Source of the DNA: Eledone cirrhosa | Lineage: Eukaryota | DNA: 64,000 bases | Assembly: GCA_964016885.1 (NCBI GenBank) | Contig: OZ024746.1 | Coordinates: 24,304,001-24,368,000 of the forward strand | Direction of reading: 5' to 3' | Shown: one piece after another, positions 40,501-55,665 of the stretch | Numbering within the stretch: the stretch's first letter is position 1 | Layout of the letters: every line of letters starts with the position of its first letter | Notes under the pieces: generated by a model | Told to the model about the DNA's origin: nothing | The model's database searches: none | What the model saw: the letters and a program-made list of their open reading frames with translations, nothing else | Program-made: the position numbers and the translations under genes

Positions 40501-43500
40501 ACTCCTCGGGGGACCCTCAGTTTAACATGCCTGGTGTAGACCACTCCTCGGGGGACCTCAGTTTAACATGCCTGGTGTAGACCACTCCTCGGGAGACCCT
40601 TAGTTTAACATGCCTGGTGTAAACCACTCCTAGGGGGACCTCAGTTTAACATGCCTGGTGTAGCCCACTCCTCGGGAGACCCTTAGTTTAACATGCCTGG
40701 TGTAGACCACTCCTCGGGGGACCTCAGTTTAACATGCCTGGTGTAGACCACTCCTCGGGGGACCCTCAGTTTAACATGCCTGGTGTAGACCACTCCTCGG
40801 GGGACCTCAGTTTAACATGCCTGGTGTAGACCACTCCTCGGGAGACCCTTAGTTTAACATGCCTGGTGTAAACCACTCCTCGGGGGACCTCAGTTTAACA
40901 TGCCTGGTGTAGACCACTCCTCGGGGGACCCTTAGTTTAACATGCCTGGTGTAGACCACTCCTCGGGGGACCTCAGTTTAACATGCCTGGTGTAGACCAC
41001 TCCTCGGGGGACCCTCAGTTTAACATGCCTGGTGTAGACCACTCCTCGGGGGACCTCAGTTTAACATGCCTGGTGTAGACCACTCCTCGGGAGACCCTTA
41101 GTTTAACATGGCTGGTGTAGACCACTTCTTTGGGGACCCTCAGTTTAACATGCCTGGTGTAGACCACTCCTTGGGGGACCCTCAGTTTAACATGCCTGGT
41201 GTAGACCACTCCTTGGGGGACCCTCAGTTTAACATGCCTGGTGTAGACCACTCCTCGGGGGACCTCAGTTTAATATGCCTGGTGTAGACCACTCCTCGGG
41301 GGACCTCAGTTTAACATGCCTGGTGTAGACCACTTCTCGGGAGACCCTTAGTTTAACATGCCTGGTGTAGACCACTCCTCGGGGTACCTCAGTTTAACAT
41401 GCCTGGTGCAGACCACTCCTCGGGGGACCCTCAGTTTAACATGCCTGGTGTAGACCACTCCTCGGGGGACCTCAGTTTAACATGCCTGGTGTAGACCACT
41501 CCTCGGGAGACCCTTAGTTTAACATGCCTGGTGTAGACCACTACTCGGGGGACCTCAGTTTAACATGCCTGGTGTAGACCACTCCTCGGGGGACCTCAGT
41601 TTAACATGCCTGGTGTAGACCACTCCTTTGGGGACCTCAGTTTAACATGCCTGGTATAGACCACTCCTCGGGAGACCCTTAGTTTAACATGGCTAGTGTA
41701 GACCACTCCTCGGGGGACCTCAGTTTAACATGCCTGGTATAGACCACTCCTCGGGAGACCCTTAGTTTAACATGCCTGGTGTAGACCACTCCTCGGGGGA
41801 CCCTCAGTTTAACATGCCTGGTGTAGACCACTCCTCGGGGGACCTCAGTTTAACATGCCTGGTGTAAACCACTCCTTGGGGGACCCTCAGTTTAACATGC
41901 CTGGTGTAGACCACTCCTTGGGGGACCTCAGTTTAACATGCCTGGTGTAGACCACTCCTCGGGAGACCCTTAGTTTAACATGGCTGGTGTAGACCACTCC
42001 TTTGGGGACCCTCAGTTTAACATGCCTGGTGTAGACCACTCCTCGGGGGACCCTCAGTTTAACATGCCTGGTGTAAACCACTCCTTGGGGGACCTCAGTT
42101 TAACATGCCTGGTGTAGACCACTCCTCGGGGGACCCTCAGTTTAACATGGCTGGTGTAGACCACTCCTCGGGAGACCCTTAGTTTAACATGCCTGGTGTA
42201 AACCACTCCTCGGGGGACCCTCAGTTTAACCTGCCTGGTGTAGACCACTCCTCGGGGGACCCTCAGTTTAACATGCCTGGTGTAAACCACTCCTTGGGGG
42301 ACCTCAGTTTAACATGCCTGGTGTAGACCACTCCTCGGGAGACCCTTAGTTTAACATGGCTGGTGTAGACCACTCCTTTGGGGACCCTCAGTTTAACATG
42401 GCTGGTGTAGACGACTCCTCGGGGGACCTCAGTTTAACATGCCTGGTGTAGACCACTCCTTGGGGGACCCTCAGTTTAACATGCCTGGTGTAGACCACTC
42501 CTCGGGGGACCCTCAGTTTAACATGGCTGGTGTAGACGACTCCTCGGGGGACCCTCAGTTTAACATGCCTGGTGTAGACCACTCCTCGGGGGACCTCAGT
42601 TTAACATGCCTGGTGTAGACCACTACTCGGGGGACCTCAGTTTAACATGCCTGGTGTAGACCACTCCTTGGGGGACCCTCAGTTTAACATGGCTGGTGTA
42701 GACCACTCCTCGGGGGACCCTCAGTTTAACATGGCTGGTGTAGACGACTCCTCGGGGGACCCTCAGTTTAACATGGCTGGTGTAGACGACTCCTCGGGGG
42801 ACCCTCAGTTTAACATGCCTGGTGTAGACCACACCTTGGGAGACCCTCAGTTTAACATGCCTGGTGTAGACCACTCCTCGGGGGACCCTCAGTTTAACAT
42901 GCCTGGTGTAGACCACTCCTTGGGGGACCTCAGTTTAACATGCCTGGTGTAGACGACTCCTCGGGGGACCCTCAATTTAACATGCCTGGTGTAGACCACT
43001 CCTCGGGGGACCCTCAGTTTAACATGCCTGGTGTAGACCACTCCTCGGGTACCCTCAATTTAACATGCCTGGTGTAGACCACTCCTCGGGGGACCTCAGT
43101 TTAACATGCCTGGTGTAGACCACTCCCTGGGGGACCCTCAGTTTAACATGGCTAGTGTAGACCACTCCTCGGGGGACCCTCAGTTTAACATGGCTGGTGT
43201 AGACCACTCCTCGGGGGACCTCAGTTTAACATGCCTGGTGTAGACCACTCCTTGGGGGACCTCAGTTTAACGTGCCTGGTGTAGACCACTCCTTGGGGGA
43301 CCCTCAGTTTAACATGCCTGGTGTAGACCACTCCTCGGGGGACCCTCAGTTTAACATGCCTGGTGTAGACCACTCCTCGGGGGACCCTCAGTTTAACATG
43401 GCTAGTGTAGACCACTCCTCGGGGGACCCTCAGTTTAACATGCCTGGTGTAGACCACTCCCTGGGGGACCCTCAGTTTAACATGGCTGGTGTAGACGACT

Positions 43501-46500
43501 CCTCGGAGGACCCTCAGTTTAACATGCCTGGTGTAGACCACTCCCTGGGGGACCCTCAGTTTAACATGGCTGGTGTAGACCACTCCTCGGGGGACCCTCA
43601 GTTTAACATGCCTGGTGTAGACCACTCCTCGGGGGACCCTCAGTTTAACATGCCTGGTGTAGACCACTCCTTGGGGGACGTCAGTTTAACGTGCCTGGTG
43701 TAGACCACTCCTCGGGGGACCCTCAGTTTAACATGCCTGGTGTAGACCACTCCTCGGGGGACCCTCAGTTTAACATGCCTGGTGTAGACCACTCCTCGGG
43801 GGACCCTCAGTTTAACATGCCTGGTGTAGACCACTCCTCGGGGGACCCTCAGTTTAACATGCCTGGTGTAGACCACTCCTCGGGGGACGTCAGTTTAACA
43901 TGCCTGGTGTAGACCACTCCTCGGGGGACCCTCAGTTTAACATGCCTGGTGTAGACCACTCCTCGGGGGACCTCAGTTTAATATGCCTGGTGTAGACCAC
44001 TCCTCGGGGGACCCTCAGTTTAACATGCCTGGTGTAGACCACTCCTTGGGGGACCTCAGTTTAACATGCCTGGTGTAGACCACTCCTCGGGGGACCCTCA
44101 GTTTAACATGCCTGGTGTAGACCACTCCTCGGGGGACCTCAGTTTAATATGCCTGGTGTAGACCACTCCTCGGGGGACCCTCAGTTTAACATGCCTGGTG
44201 TAGACCACTCCTCGGGGGACCCTCAGTTTAACATGCCTGGTGTAGACCACTCCTCGGGGGACCCTCAGTTTAACATGCCTGGTGTAGACCACTCCTCGGG
44301 GGACGTCAGTTTAACATGGCTGGTGTAGACGACTCCTCGGGGGACCTCAGTTTAATATGCCTGGTGTAGACCACTCCTCGGGGGACCCTCAGTTTAACAT
44401 GCCTGGTGTAGACCACTCCTCGGGAGACCCTCAGTTTAACATGCCTGGTGTAGACCACTCCTCGGGGGACCCTCAGTTTAACATGCCTGGTGTAGACCAC
44501 TCCTCGGGGGACCCTCAGTTTAACATGCCTGGTGTAGACCACTCCTCGGGGGACCCTCAGTTTAACATGCCTGGTGTAGACCACTCCTCGGGGGACCCTC
44601 AGTTTAACATGCCTGGTGTAGACCACTCCTCGGGGGACCTCAGTTTAATATGCCTGGTGTAGACCACTCCTCGGGGGACCCTCAGTTTAACATGCCTGGT
44701 GTAGACCACTCCTCGGGAGACCCTCAGTTTAACATGGCTGGTGTAGACCACTCCTCGGGGGACCCTCAGTTTAACATGCCTGGTGTAGACCACTCCTTTG
44801 GGGACCCTCAGTTTAACATGGCTGGTGTAGACCACTCCTCGGGGGACCCTCAGTTTAACATGGCTGGTGTAGACCACTCCTTGGGGGACCCTCAGTTTAA
44901 CATGGCTGGTGTAGACCACTCCTTGGGGGACCCTCAGTTTAACATGGCTGGTGTAGACCACTCCTCGGGGGACCCTCAGTTTAACATGCCTGGTGTAGAC
45001 CACTCCTCGGGAGACCCTTAGTTTAACATGCCTGGTGTAGACCACTCCTCGGGGGACCCTCAGTTTAACATGCCTGGTGTAGACCACTCCTCGGGAGACC
45101 CTCAGTTTAACATGCCTGGTGTAGACCATTCCTCGGGAGACCCTCAGTTTAACATACCTGGTGTAGACCACTCCTCGGGAGACCCTCAGTTTAACATGCC
45201 TGGTGTAGACCACTCCTCGGGGGACCCTCAGTTTAACATGCCTGGTGTAGACCACTCCTCGGGGGACCTCAGTTTAACATGCCTGGTGTAGACCACTCCT
45301 TGGGGGACCCTCAGTTTAACATACCTGGTGTAGACCACTCCTCGGGGGACCTCAGTTTAACATGCCTGGTGTAGACCACTCCTCGGGGGACCTCAGTTTA
45401 ACATGCCTGGTGTAGACCACTCCTCGGGGGACCTCAGTTTAACATGCCTGGTGTAGACCACTCCTCGGGGGACCTCAGTTTAATATGCCTGGTGTAGACC
45501 ACTCCTCGGGGGACCTCAGTTTAACATGCCTGGTGTAGACCACTCCTCGGGGGACCCTCAGTTTAACATGCCTGGTGTAGACCACTCCTCGGGGGACCCT
45601 CAGTTTAACATGCCTGGTGTAGACCACTCCTCGGGGGACCCTCAGTTTAACATGCCTGGTGTAGACCACTCCTCGGGGGACCTCAGTTTAACATGCCTGG
45701 TGTAGACCACTCCTTTGGGGACCCTCAGTTTAACATGGCTGGTGTAGACCACTCCTCGGGGGACCCTCAGTTTAACATGCCTGGTGTAGACCACTCCTTG
45801 GGGGACCCTCAGTTTAACATGGCTGGTGTAGACCACTCCTCGGGGGACCCTCAGTTTAACGTGCCTGGTGTAGACCACTCCTTTGGGGACCCTCAGTTTA
45901 ACGTGCCTGGTGTAGACCACTCCTCGGGGGACCCTCAGTTTAACATGGCTGGTGTAGACCACTCCTTTGGGGACCCTCAGTTTAACATGGCTGGTGTAGA
46001 CCACTCCTTGGGGGACCTCAGTTTAACATGCCTGGTGTAGACCACTCATTGGGGGACCTCAGTTTAACATGCCTGGTGTAGACCACTCCTTGGGGGACCT
46101 CAGTTTAACATGGCTGGTGTAGACCACTCCTCGGGGGACCCTCAGTTTAACATGCCTGGTGTAGACCACTCCTTGGGGGACCTCAGTTTAACATGGCTGG
46201 TGTAGACCACTCCTCGGGGGACCCTCAGTTTAACATGGCTGGTGTAGACCACTCCTTGGGGGACCTCAGTTTAACATGCCTGGTGTAGACCACTCCTTGG
46301 GGGACCTCAGTTTAACATGCCTGGTGTAGACCACTCCTTGGGGGACCCTCAGTTTAACATGGCTGGTGTAGACCACTCCTTGGGGGACCTCAGTTTAACA
46401 TGCCTGGTGTAGACCACTCCTTGGGGGACCTCAGTTTAACATGCCTGGTGTAGACCACTCCTTGGGGGACCCTCAGTTTAACATGCCTGGTGTAGACCAC

Positions 46501-49500
46501 TCCTTGGGGGACCTCAGTTTAACATGGCTGGTGTAGACCACTCCTCGGGGGACCCTCAGTTTAACATGCCTGGTGTAGACCACTCATTGGGGGACCTCAG
46601 TTTAACATGCCTGGTGTAGACCACTCCTTGGGGGACCTCAGTTTAACATGGCTGGTGTAGACCACTCCTCGGGGGACCCTCAGTTTAACATGCCTGGTGT
46701 AGACCACTCATTGGGGGACCTCAGTTTAACATGCCTGGTGTAGACCACTCCTCGGGGGACCCTCAGTTTAACATGGCTGGTGTAGACCACTCCTCGGGGG
46801 ACCTCAATTTAACATGCCTGGTGTAGACCACTCCTTGGGGGACGTCAGTTTAACATGCCTGGTGTAGACCACTCCTCGGGGGACCCTCAGTTTAACATGG
46901 CTGGTGTAGACCACTCCTCGGGGGACCTCAGTTTAACATGCCTGGTGTAGACCACTCCTTGGGGGACCCTCAGTTTAACATGGCTAGTGTAGACCACTCC
47001 TCGGGGGACCCTCAGTTTAACATGGCTGGTGTAGACGACTCCTCGGGGGACCCTCAGTTTAACATGGCTGGTGTAGACCACTCCTCGGGGGACCCTCAGT
47101 TTAACATGGCTGGTGTAGACGACTCCTCGGGGGACCCTCAGTTTAACATGCCTGGTGTAGACCACTCCTCGGGGGACCCTCAGTTTAACATGCCTGGTGT
47201 AGACCACTCCTCGGGGGACCCTCAGTTTAACATGCCTGGTGTAGTCCACTCCTTGGGGGACCTCAGTTTAACATGCCTGGTGTAGACCACTCCTCGGGGG
47301 ACCCTCAGTTTAACATGCCTGGTGTAGTCCACTCCTTGGGGGACCTCAGTTTAACATGCCTGGTGTAGACCACTCCTCGGGGGACCCTCAGTTTAACATG
47401 CCTGGTGTAGTCCACTCCTTGGGGGACCCTCAGTTTAACATGCCTGGTGTAGACCACTCCTCGGGGGACCCTCAGTTTAACATGCCTGGTGTAGACCACT
47501 CATTGGGGGACCTCAGTTTAACATGGCTGGTGTAGACCACTCCTTGGGGGACCCTCAGTTTAACATGCCTGGTGTAGACCACTCCTCGGGGGACCCTCAG
47601 TTTAACATGGCTGGTGTAGACCACTCCTCGGGGGACCCTCAGTTTAACATGCCTGGTGTAGACCACTCCTTGGGGGACCTCAGTTTAACATGCCTGGTGT
47701 AGACCACTCCTTGGGGGACCCTCAGTTTAACATGCCTGGTGTAGACCACTCCTTGGGGGACCTCAGTTTAACATGCCTGGTGTAGACCACTCCTTGGGGG
47801 ACGTCAGTTTAACATGCCTGGTGTAGACCACTCCTCGGGGGACCCTCAGTTTAACATGCCTGGTGTAGACCACTCCTCGGGGGACCCTCAGTTTAACATG
47901 CCTGGTGTAGACCACTCCTTGGGGGACGTCAGTTTAACATGGCTGGTGTAGACCACTCCTCGGGGGACCCTCAGTTTAACATGCCTGGTGTAGACCACTC
48001 CTCGGGGGACCCTCAGTTTAACATGGCTAGTGTAGACCACTCCTCGGGGGACCCTCAGTTTAACATGCCTGGTGTAGACCACTCCTTGGGGGACGTCAGT
48101 TTAACATGCCTGGTGTAGACCACTCCTCGGGGGACCCTCAGTTTAACATGCCTGGTGTAGACCACTCCTCGGGGGACCCTCAGTTTAACATGGCTAGTGT
48201 AGACCACTCCTCGGGGGACCCTCAGTTTAACATGCCTGGTGTAGACCACTCCTTGGGGGACGTCAGTTTAACATGCCTGGTGTAGACCACTCCTCGGGGG
48301 ACCCTCAGTTTAACATGCCTGGTGTAGACCACTCCTCGGGGGACCCTCAGTTTAACATGGCTAGTGTAGACCACTCCTCGGGGGACCCTCAGTTTAACAT
48401 GCCTGGTGTAGACCACTCCTCGGGGGACCCTCAGTTTAACATGGCTGGTGTAGACCACTCCTCGGGGGACCCTCAGTTTAACATGGCTAGTGTAGACCAC
48501 TCCTTTGGGGACCCTCAGTTTAACATGCCTGGTGTAGACCACTCCTTGGGGGACCCTCATTTTAACATGGCTGGTGTAGACCACTCCTCGGGGGACCCTC
48601 AGTTTAACATGCCTGGTGTAGACCACTCCTTTGGGGACCCTCATTTTAACATGGCTGGTGTAGACCACTCCTCGGGGGACCCTCAGTTTAACATGCCTGG
48701 TGTAGACCACTCCTCGGGGGACCCTCAGTTTAACATGGCTGGTGTAGACCACTCCTTGGGGGACTCTCAGTTTAACATGCCTGGTGTAGACCACTCCTTG
48801 GGGGACCTCAGTTTAACATGCCTGGTGTAGACCACTCCTTGGGGGACCTCAGTTTAACATGGCTGGTGTAGACCACTCCTTGGGGGACCTCAGTTTAACA
48901 TGGCTGGTGTAGACCACTCCTCGGGGGACCCTCAGTTTAACATGCCTGGTGTAGACCACTCCTTGGGGGACCTCAGTTTAACATGCCTGGTGTAGACCAC
49001 TCCTTGGGGGACCTCAGTTTAACATGGCTGGTGTAGACCACTCCTCGGGAGACCTCAGTTTAACATGCCTGGTGTAGACCACTCCTTGGGGGACCTCAGT
49101 TTAACATGCCTGGTGTAGACCACTCCTCGGGGGACTCTCAGTTTAACATGCCTGGTGTAGACCACTCCTTGGGAGACCCTCAGTTTAACATGCCTGGTGT
49201 AGACCACTCCTCGGGGGACCTCAGTTTAACATGCCTGGTGTAGACCACTCCTTGGGGGACCTCAGTTTAACATGGCTGGTGTAGACCACTCCTCGGGAGA
49301 CCTCAGTTTAACATGCCTGGTGTAGACCACTCCTTGGGGGACCTCAGTTTAACATGCCTGGTGTAGACCACTCCTTGGGGGACCTCAGTTTAACATGCCT
49401 GGTGTAGACCACTCCTTGGGAGACCCTCAGTTTAACATGCCTGGTGTAGACCACTCCTTTGGGGACCCTCAGTTTAACATGCCTGGTGTAGACCACTCCT

Positions 49501-51899
49501 CGGGGGACCCTCAGTTTAACATGGCTGGTGTAGACCACTCCTTGGGGGACCCTCAGTTTAACATGGCTGGTGTAGACCACTCCTCGGGAGACCTCAGTTT
49601 AACATGGCTGGTGTAGACCACTCCTTGGGGGACCCTCAGTTTAACATGGCTGGTGTAGACCACTCCTTTGGGGACCCTCAGTTTAACATGCCTGGTGTAG
49701 ACCACTCCTTTGGGGACCCTCAGTTTAACATGCCTGGTGTAGACCACTCCTCGGGGGACCTCAGTTTAACATGCCTGGTGTAGACCACTCCTTGGGGGAC
49801 CCTCAGTTTAACATGGCTGGTGTAGACCACTCCTCGGGAGACCTCAGTTTAACATGGCTGGTGTAGACCACTCCTCGGGAGACCTCAGTTTAACATGGCT
49901 GGTGTAGACCACTCCTCGGGGGACCTCAGTTTAACATGGCTGGTGTAGACCACTCCTTTGGGGACCCTCAGTTTAACATGCCTGGTGTAGACCACTCCTC
50001 GGGGGACCTCAGTTTAACATGCCTGGTGTAGACCACTCCTTGGGGGACCCTCAGTTTAACATGGCTGGTGTAGACCACTCCTCGGGAGACCTCAGTTTAA
50101 CATGGCTGGTGTAGACCACTCCTTGGGGGACCCTCAGTTTAACATGGCTGGTGTAGACCACTCCTTGGGGGACCTCAGTTTAACATGGCTGGTGTAGACC
50201 ACTCCTTGGGGGACCCTCAGTTTAACATGGCTGGTGTAGACCACTCCTTGGGGGACCTCAGTTTAACATGCCTGGTGTAGACCACTCCTCGGGGGACCTC
50301 AGTTTAACATGCCTGGTGTAGACCACTCCTCGGGGGACCCTCAGTTTAACATGGCTGGTGTAGACCACTCCTCGGGGGACCTCAGTTTAACATGCCTGGT
50401 GTAGACCACTCCTCGGGGGACCCTCAGTTTAACATGGCTGGTGTAGACCACTCCTTGGGGGACCTCAGTTTAACATGGCTGGTGTAGACCACTCCTTGGG
50501 GGACCTCAGTTTAACATGGCTGGTGTAGACCACTCCTTGGGGGACCTCAGTTTAACATGCCTGGTGTAGACCACTCCTCGGGGGACCTCAGTTTAACATG
50601 CCTGGTGTAGACCACTCCTCGGGGGACCTCAGTTTAACATGGCTGGTGTAGACCACTCCTTGGGGGATCTCAGTTTAACATGGCTGGTGTAGACCACTCC
50701 TCGGGGGACCTCAGTTTAACATGCCTGGTGTAGACCACTCCTCGGGGGACCTCAGTTTAACATGCCTGGTGTAGACCACTCCTCGGGGGACCTCAGTTTA
50801 ACATGCCTGGTGTAGACCACTCCTTGGGGGACCCTCAGTTTAACATGCCTGGTGTAGACCACTCCTCGGGGGACCTCAGTTTAACATGCCTGGTGTAGAC
50901 CACTCCTCGGGGGACCTCAGTTTAACATGCCTGGTGTAGACCACTCCTCGGGGGACCCTCAGTTTAACATGGCTGGTGTAGACCACTCCTTGGGGGACCC
51001 TCAGTTTAACATGCCTGGTGTAGACCACTCCTCGGGGGACCTCAGTTTAACATGCCTGGTGTAGACCACTCCTCGGGGGACCTCAGTTTAACATGCCTGG
51101 TGTAGACCACTCCTTGGGGGACCTCAGTTTAACATGGCTGGTGTAGACCACTCCTTGGGGGACCCTCAGTTTAACATGCCTGGTGTAGACCACTCCTCGG
51201 GGGACCTCAGTTTAACATGCCTGGTGTAGACCACTCCTTGGGAGACCCTCAGTTTAACATGGCTGGTGTAGACCACTCCTTGGGGGACCCTCAGTTTAAC
51301 ATGGCTGGTGTAGACCACTCCTTGGGGGACCTCAGTTTAACATGGCTGGTGTAGACCACTCCTTGGGGGACCCTCAGTTTAACATGCCTGGTGTAGACCA
51401 CTCCTCGGGGGACCTCAGTTTAACATGCCTGGTGTAGACCACTCCTCGGGGGACCTCAGTTTAACATGGCTGGTGTAGACCACTCCTTGGGGGACCCTCA
51501 GTTTAACATGGCTGGTGTAGACCACTCCTCGGGGGACCTCAGTTTAACATGGCTGGTGTAGACCACTCCTTGGGGGACCTCAGTTTAACATGCCTGGTGT
51601 AGACCACTCCTCGGGGGACCTCAGTTTAACATGGCTGGTGTAGACCACTCCTCGGGGGACCTCAGTTTAACATGCCTGGTGTAGACCACTCCTTGGGGGA
51701 CCTCAGTTTAACATGCCTGGTGTAGACCACTCCTTGGGGGACCCTCAGTTTAACATGCCTGGTGTAGACCACTCCTTGGGGGACCTCAGTTTAACATGCC
51801 TGGTGTAGACCACTCCTCGGGGGACCTCAGTTTAACATGCCTGGTGTAGACCACTCCTCGGGGGACCTCAGTTTAACATGCCTGGTGTAGACCACTCCT
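37559..51899. repeat. Satellite/minisatellite array, 41/42-bp monomer, about 345 copies, 14.3 kb
   Basis: Consensus cgggggac(c)ctcagtttaacatgcctggtgtagaccactcct in an uninterrupted head-to-tail array. Copy number estimated from length. Confidence 0.98.
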
Positions 51900-51974
51900 A
51901 GTCACTTCTCAAGGATATACATTTAGTTGCCTGATTAGTTTATTTCTATTTCAGACACACCTTTTGTACATTAG

Positions 51975-52033
<59 letters not shown>

Positions 52034-52062
52034 TTATCTATCTATCTATCGATCTATCTCTC

Positions 52063-52124
<62 letters not shown>

Positions 52125-52267
52125 GGACATTTTGTACCCCACTTATTCTTATTGTCTCTCCTTTAATTTTAGCTACACACACACACGCCCATACACACAT
52201 ACAATCGCATACATACACATACACTCACACACTCGCTTGCACAATCACGCATATACACTCACATACT

Positions 52268-52333
<66 letters not shown>

Positions 52334-52361
52334 CACACACACACACACACACACACATATA

Positions 52362-52626
52362 TAGCTTCCAACAGTAATGGTTGCATTTTTTAAGGGTATG
52401 TCAATATTTATTTATAAAACTGATCTATATTATATTTTGTCTGATGAAAGCACACCATAATTTAACTTGGTGTCCTTGAAATATGTATAATGAAATAAAT
52501 ATGCTTTTATAAATATAGTTTACATTTGTTAACATCGTATGTTTACTCCAAATACTTGTTGAGTGCTTTATATCAGTTATAAAAATATTTGCTTGTTTTA
52601 TCCCAACAATTTAAATAGAACTTTTG

Positions 52627-52630
<4 letters not shown>
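52362..52630 (+). mobile_element. Penelope-like pseudo-LTR fragment, family H1 (colinear copy)
   Basis: agcttccaa...hammerhead...aataaa...tactccaaatacttgttgagtgc...aacttttgca(TA)n. Confidence 0.65.
52433..52497 (+). ncRNA. Type I hammerhead ribozyme motif (family H1)
   Basis: tattttgt-CTGATGA-aagcacacca taatttaact tggtgtcctt-GAA-ATAtgTAT-A-atgaaata. Confidence 0.75.
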
Positions 52631-52702
<72 letters not shown>

Positions 52703-52717
52703 TATATATATATATAT

Positions 52718-53326
<609 letters not shown>

Positions 53327-53879
53327 TCACATACGTATATTCTCTTTCATTATTTTATTCATTCATTTCTAACATTCTTACACACACAACCTACATGTAA
53401 CCTCACACCCGACACTTCACACTTCACCCTCACCTACCAACAGCTCCCCACCACACACACACATGCGACGACAACACATAAACACATGCGTACACACATT
53501 TACACACCCAGACACTCACACACACACATACACGTGCGCACATATCCTCTCTCTATCTCCCTTTCTAATATTTCTCTGTCTATCACTTTCCCTTTCTAAA
53601 CCCCCTCCCTCAATCGTTCTCATCCCGTTCAAGCCCATCCCTTCTAATCATTATTTCATTATATTCCAAACTTATACAAATACACTGGCGTTGTTATGTT
53701 GAAAATGTGAAAGTATATTACGTCTTATGGGCAGGGTCAGCGCTTTCATTTAGGTTAACTAGGCCACAACCTTCGGCGCAGGCCTCACAGAGTGCATTAC
53801 TGAACTGCTACGGATCACTGTTTTATGTATATATTTGTATAAATAAATTAGATATATAAATCGACAGTTGATCGACTTT

Positions 53880-54423
53880 CGTGAAATCGAACCGAGGAAA
53901 CAATATTTCCATTAGTCTTTCCAATTGCTAACACTATCCATCGATCGCAACTCCAGGTAGAAGGAGCAACATGAAATAAAGTGTTTTGCTCAAGGACATA
54001 ACGATCGCCCGGTCCGGGAATCGAACTCACAACCTCACGATTGCGAATCCAATTATCTAACCACTGAGCCACGCGCCTTCACAAAATACATAAATAAAGG
54101 GTAAAAAAGACCCCCTTCGGGGGATTTCTCCTAGAAAGTTCCCTCTCCAAGGAATAAGTCCGGGTAACGTTGTTATTGGAAGGCCAGCAGTTGTCCATAC
54201 ATTTCAGCCTCCTCTCTCCACGTCACCGATGTTGTCAAATGCAATGGCCAATAGAGTTTGGTACTAGTGGCATCACGACTCATTTCCTCAGCTATGCCAA
54301 CTGTTGTAATGAGAAATAAAGTGTCTTGCTCAAGAACACAATACACCACCTTGTCCGGGAATTGAATTCACAACCTCACGATTGTAAGCCCAACGCTCTA
54401 ACCACTAAGCGATGCACCTTCGT
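53880..54423 (-). mobile_element. Two tandem tRNA-derived SINE family B copies
   Basis: Minus strand gtgaaggcgcgtggctcagtggttag...gagttcgattcccggac...gtccttgagcaaaacacttt; 5' ends near 54082 and 54422. Confidence 0.8.
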
Positions 54424-55091
54424 ACATACATAAAACAAATATATAATAATTTCCTGAAATCAATAAATAAATCAACCACTAAACATCTTTGCCATGTAGA
54501 AACGTTGTGGAAATATCCAAAATGGTGTAGATGGTCGTATGGTGTTATATAACCTGTTACATGATTTAATGTGTATAGCGGAAAGTTTAATACAGTTTTT
54601 CATGTAGTCAGAGCAACTGTCAAATACTAGGTTTGTCAGCTTACCAAACTATAAGTTGAAATTATTTTACTTCGGATAATGGGACGCACATTGTAGAACT
54701 AGCTTCGGGCACTAATACCCAGGCGCCTGCCTTGTATATTCCGTATTTTCTCGTGTATAATACGTTAAAATTTTTAACTAAAATCAAGGACAAAAAAGGC
54801 TGTGTATACATTTTTAGAAATTTTTTACTGATTTAAAAAATACTCATTTCAAATGTCAAGATTACAAATAGAAGTTGATAACAATTGTTTAGAAATGGTA
54901 TTTGTTATATCAGCAGTATTTGTTATTTGGGAATCAGCATAACTGAAGGACGTTTGTCTCAAGGACAGGACTTTGATAAAATAAATTAATAGTTGGACTA
55001 TGTTATTTTACATTCTTTAACGCCATATAAGCCTGAATATCGTAATCTATATCTAGATATAATATAAAAGAGAGACGTTTCTTGGTTCGTT

Positions 55092-55393
55092 GGTTTATAA
55101 ATATGAATTTTCATAAGATTTTCGTAGTTGTCTCAGTGGACTAGCGGTAGGTACTAGAAACGGTGGAGATCCTGACCTTGGGTTCAATCCTGGTCAAGTG
55201 GTACATGTAATCTTTTTCAGTTTTTATTTTACATCCCATAGAAAAAAACTGAAAACGGTTACTGGGAACCCTACACCCGACTAGGATTGAACTTCAAACC
55301 AGGATCACCACCGTCTATGATTCCTCTAACTAGGCCACCGAGACAGCTACAAAGGTATATTGAAAATTAATAATTATAAACCTACTTTCAAAA
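55092..55393. mobile_element. Fold-back repeat with two convergent tRNA-like heads, copy 2
   Basis: Homolog of 27497-27803; preceded at about 55045 by a Helitron-like start (atctatatctagatataatataaaag). Confidence 0.65.
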
Positions 55394-55665
55394 TCAAAGT
55401 TAACAGACTTGTCAATCTTCTGGCTCTTTGGTAACAACCTTATTATTCCTATCTGTGTTTAACTGTTGAATTAATTTAATTTGATTATTTTAACAAACAA
55501 ATAATACATACATACACATACATATATATATATAAAAAAAAAATATATATATATATATGCAAAAGTTCTATTTAAAATTGTTGGGATACAACAGACAGCT
55601 TCCAAAAATAATGGTCGCATCTCATAGGGTACGTCAAAATTATTTATAAAACTGTTTATATATTG

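Noticed and set aside
37559-51899. CRISPR-like array, or repeat protein (MPGVDHSSGDPQFN)n / (VVYTRHVKLRVPRG)n
   Set aside because: There are no unique spacers and no cas genes in this eukaryotic context. Frequent 41-bp monomers break the frame, and the monomer is explained by a transposon junction.
53990-54082. Genuine tRNA gene
   Set aside because: The tRNA-like head continues into a SINE body (gtccttgagcaaaacacttt) found in several diverged copies, and no clean acceptor stem is evident.
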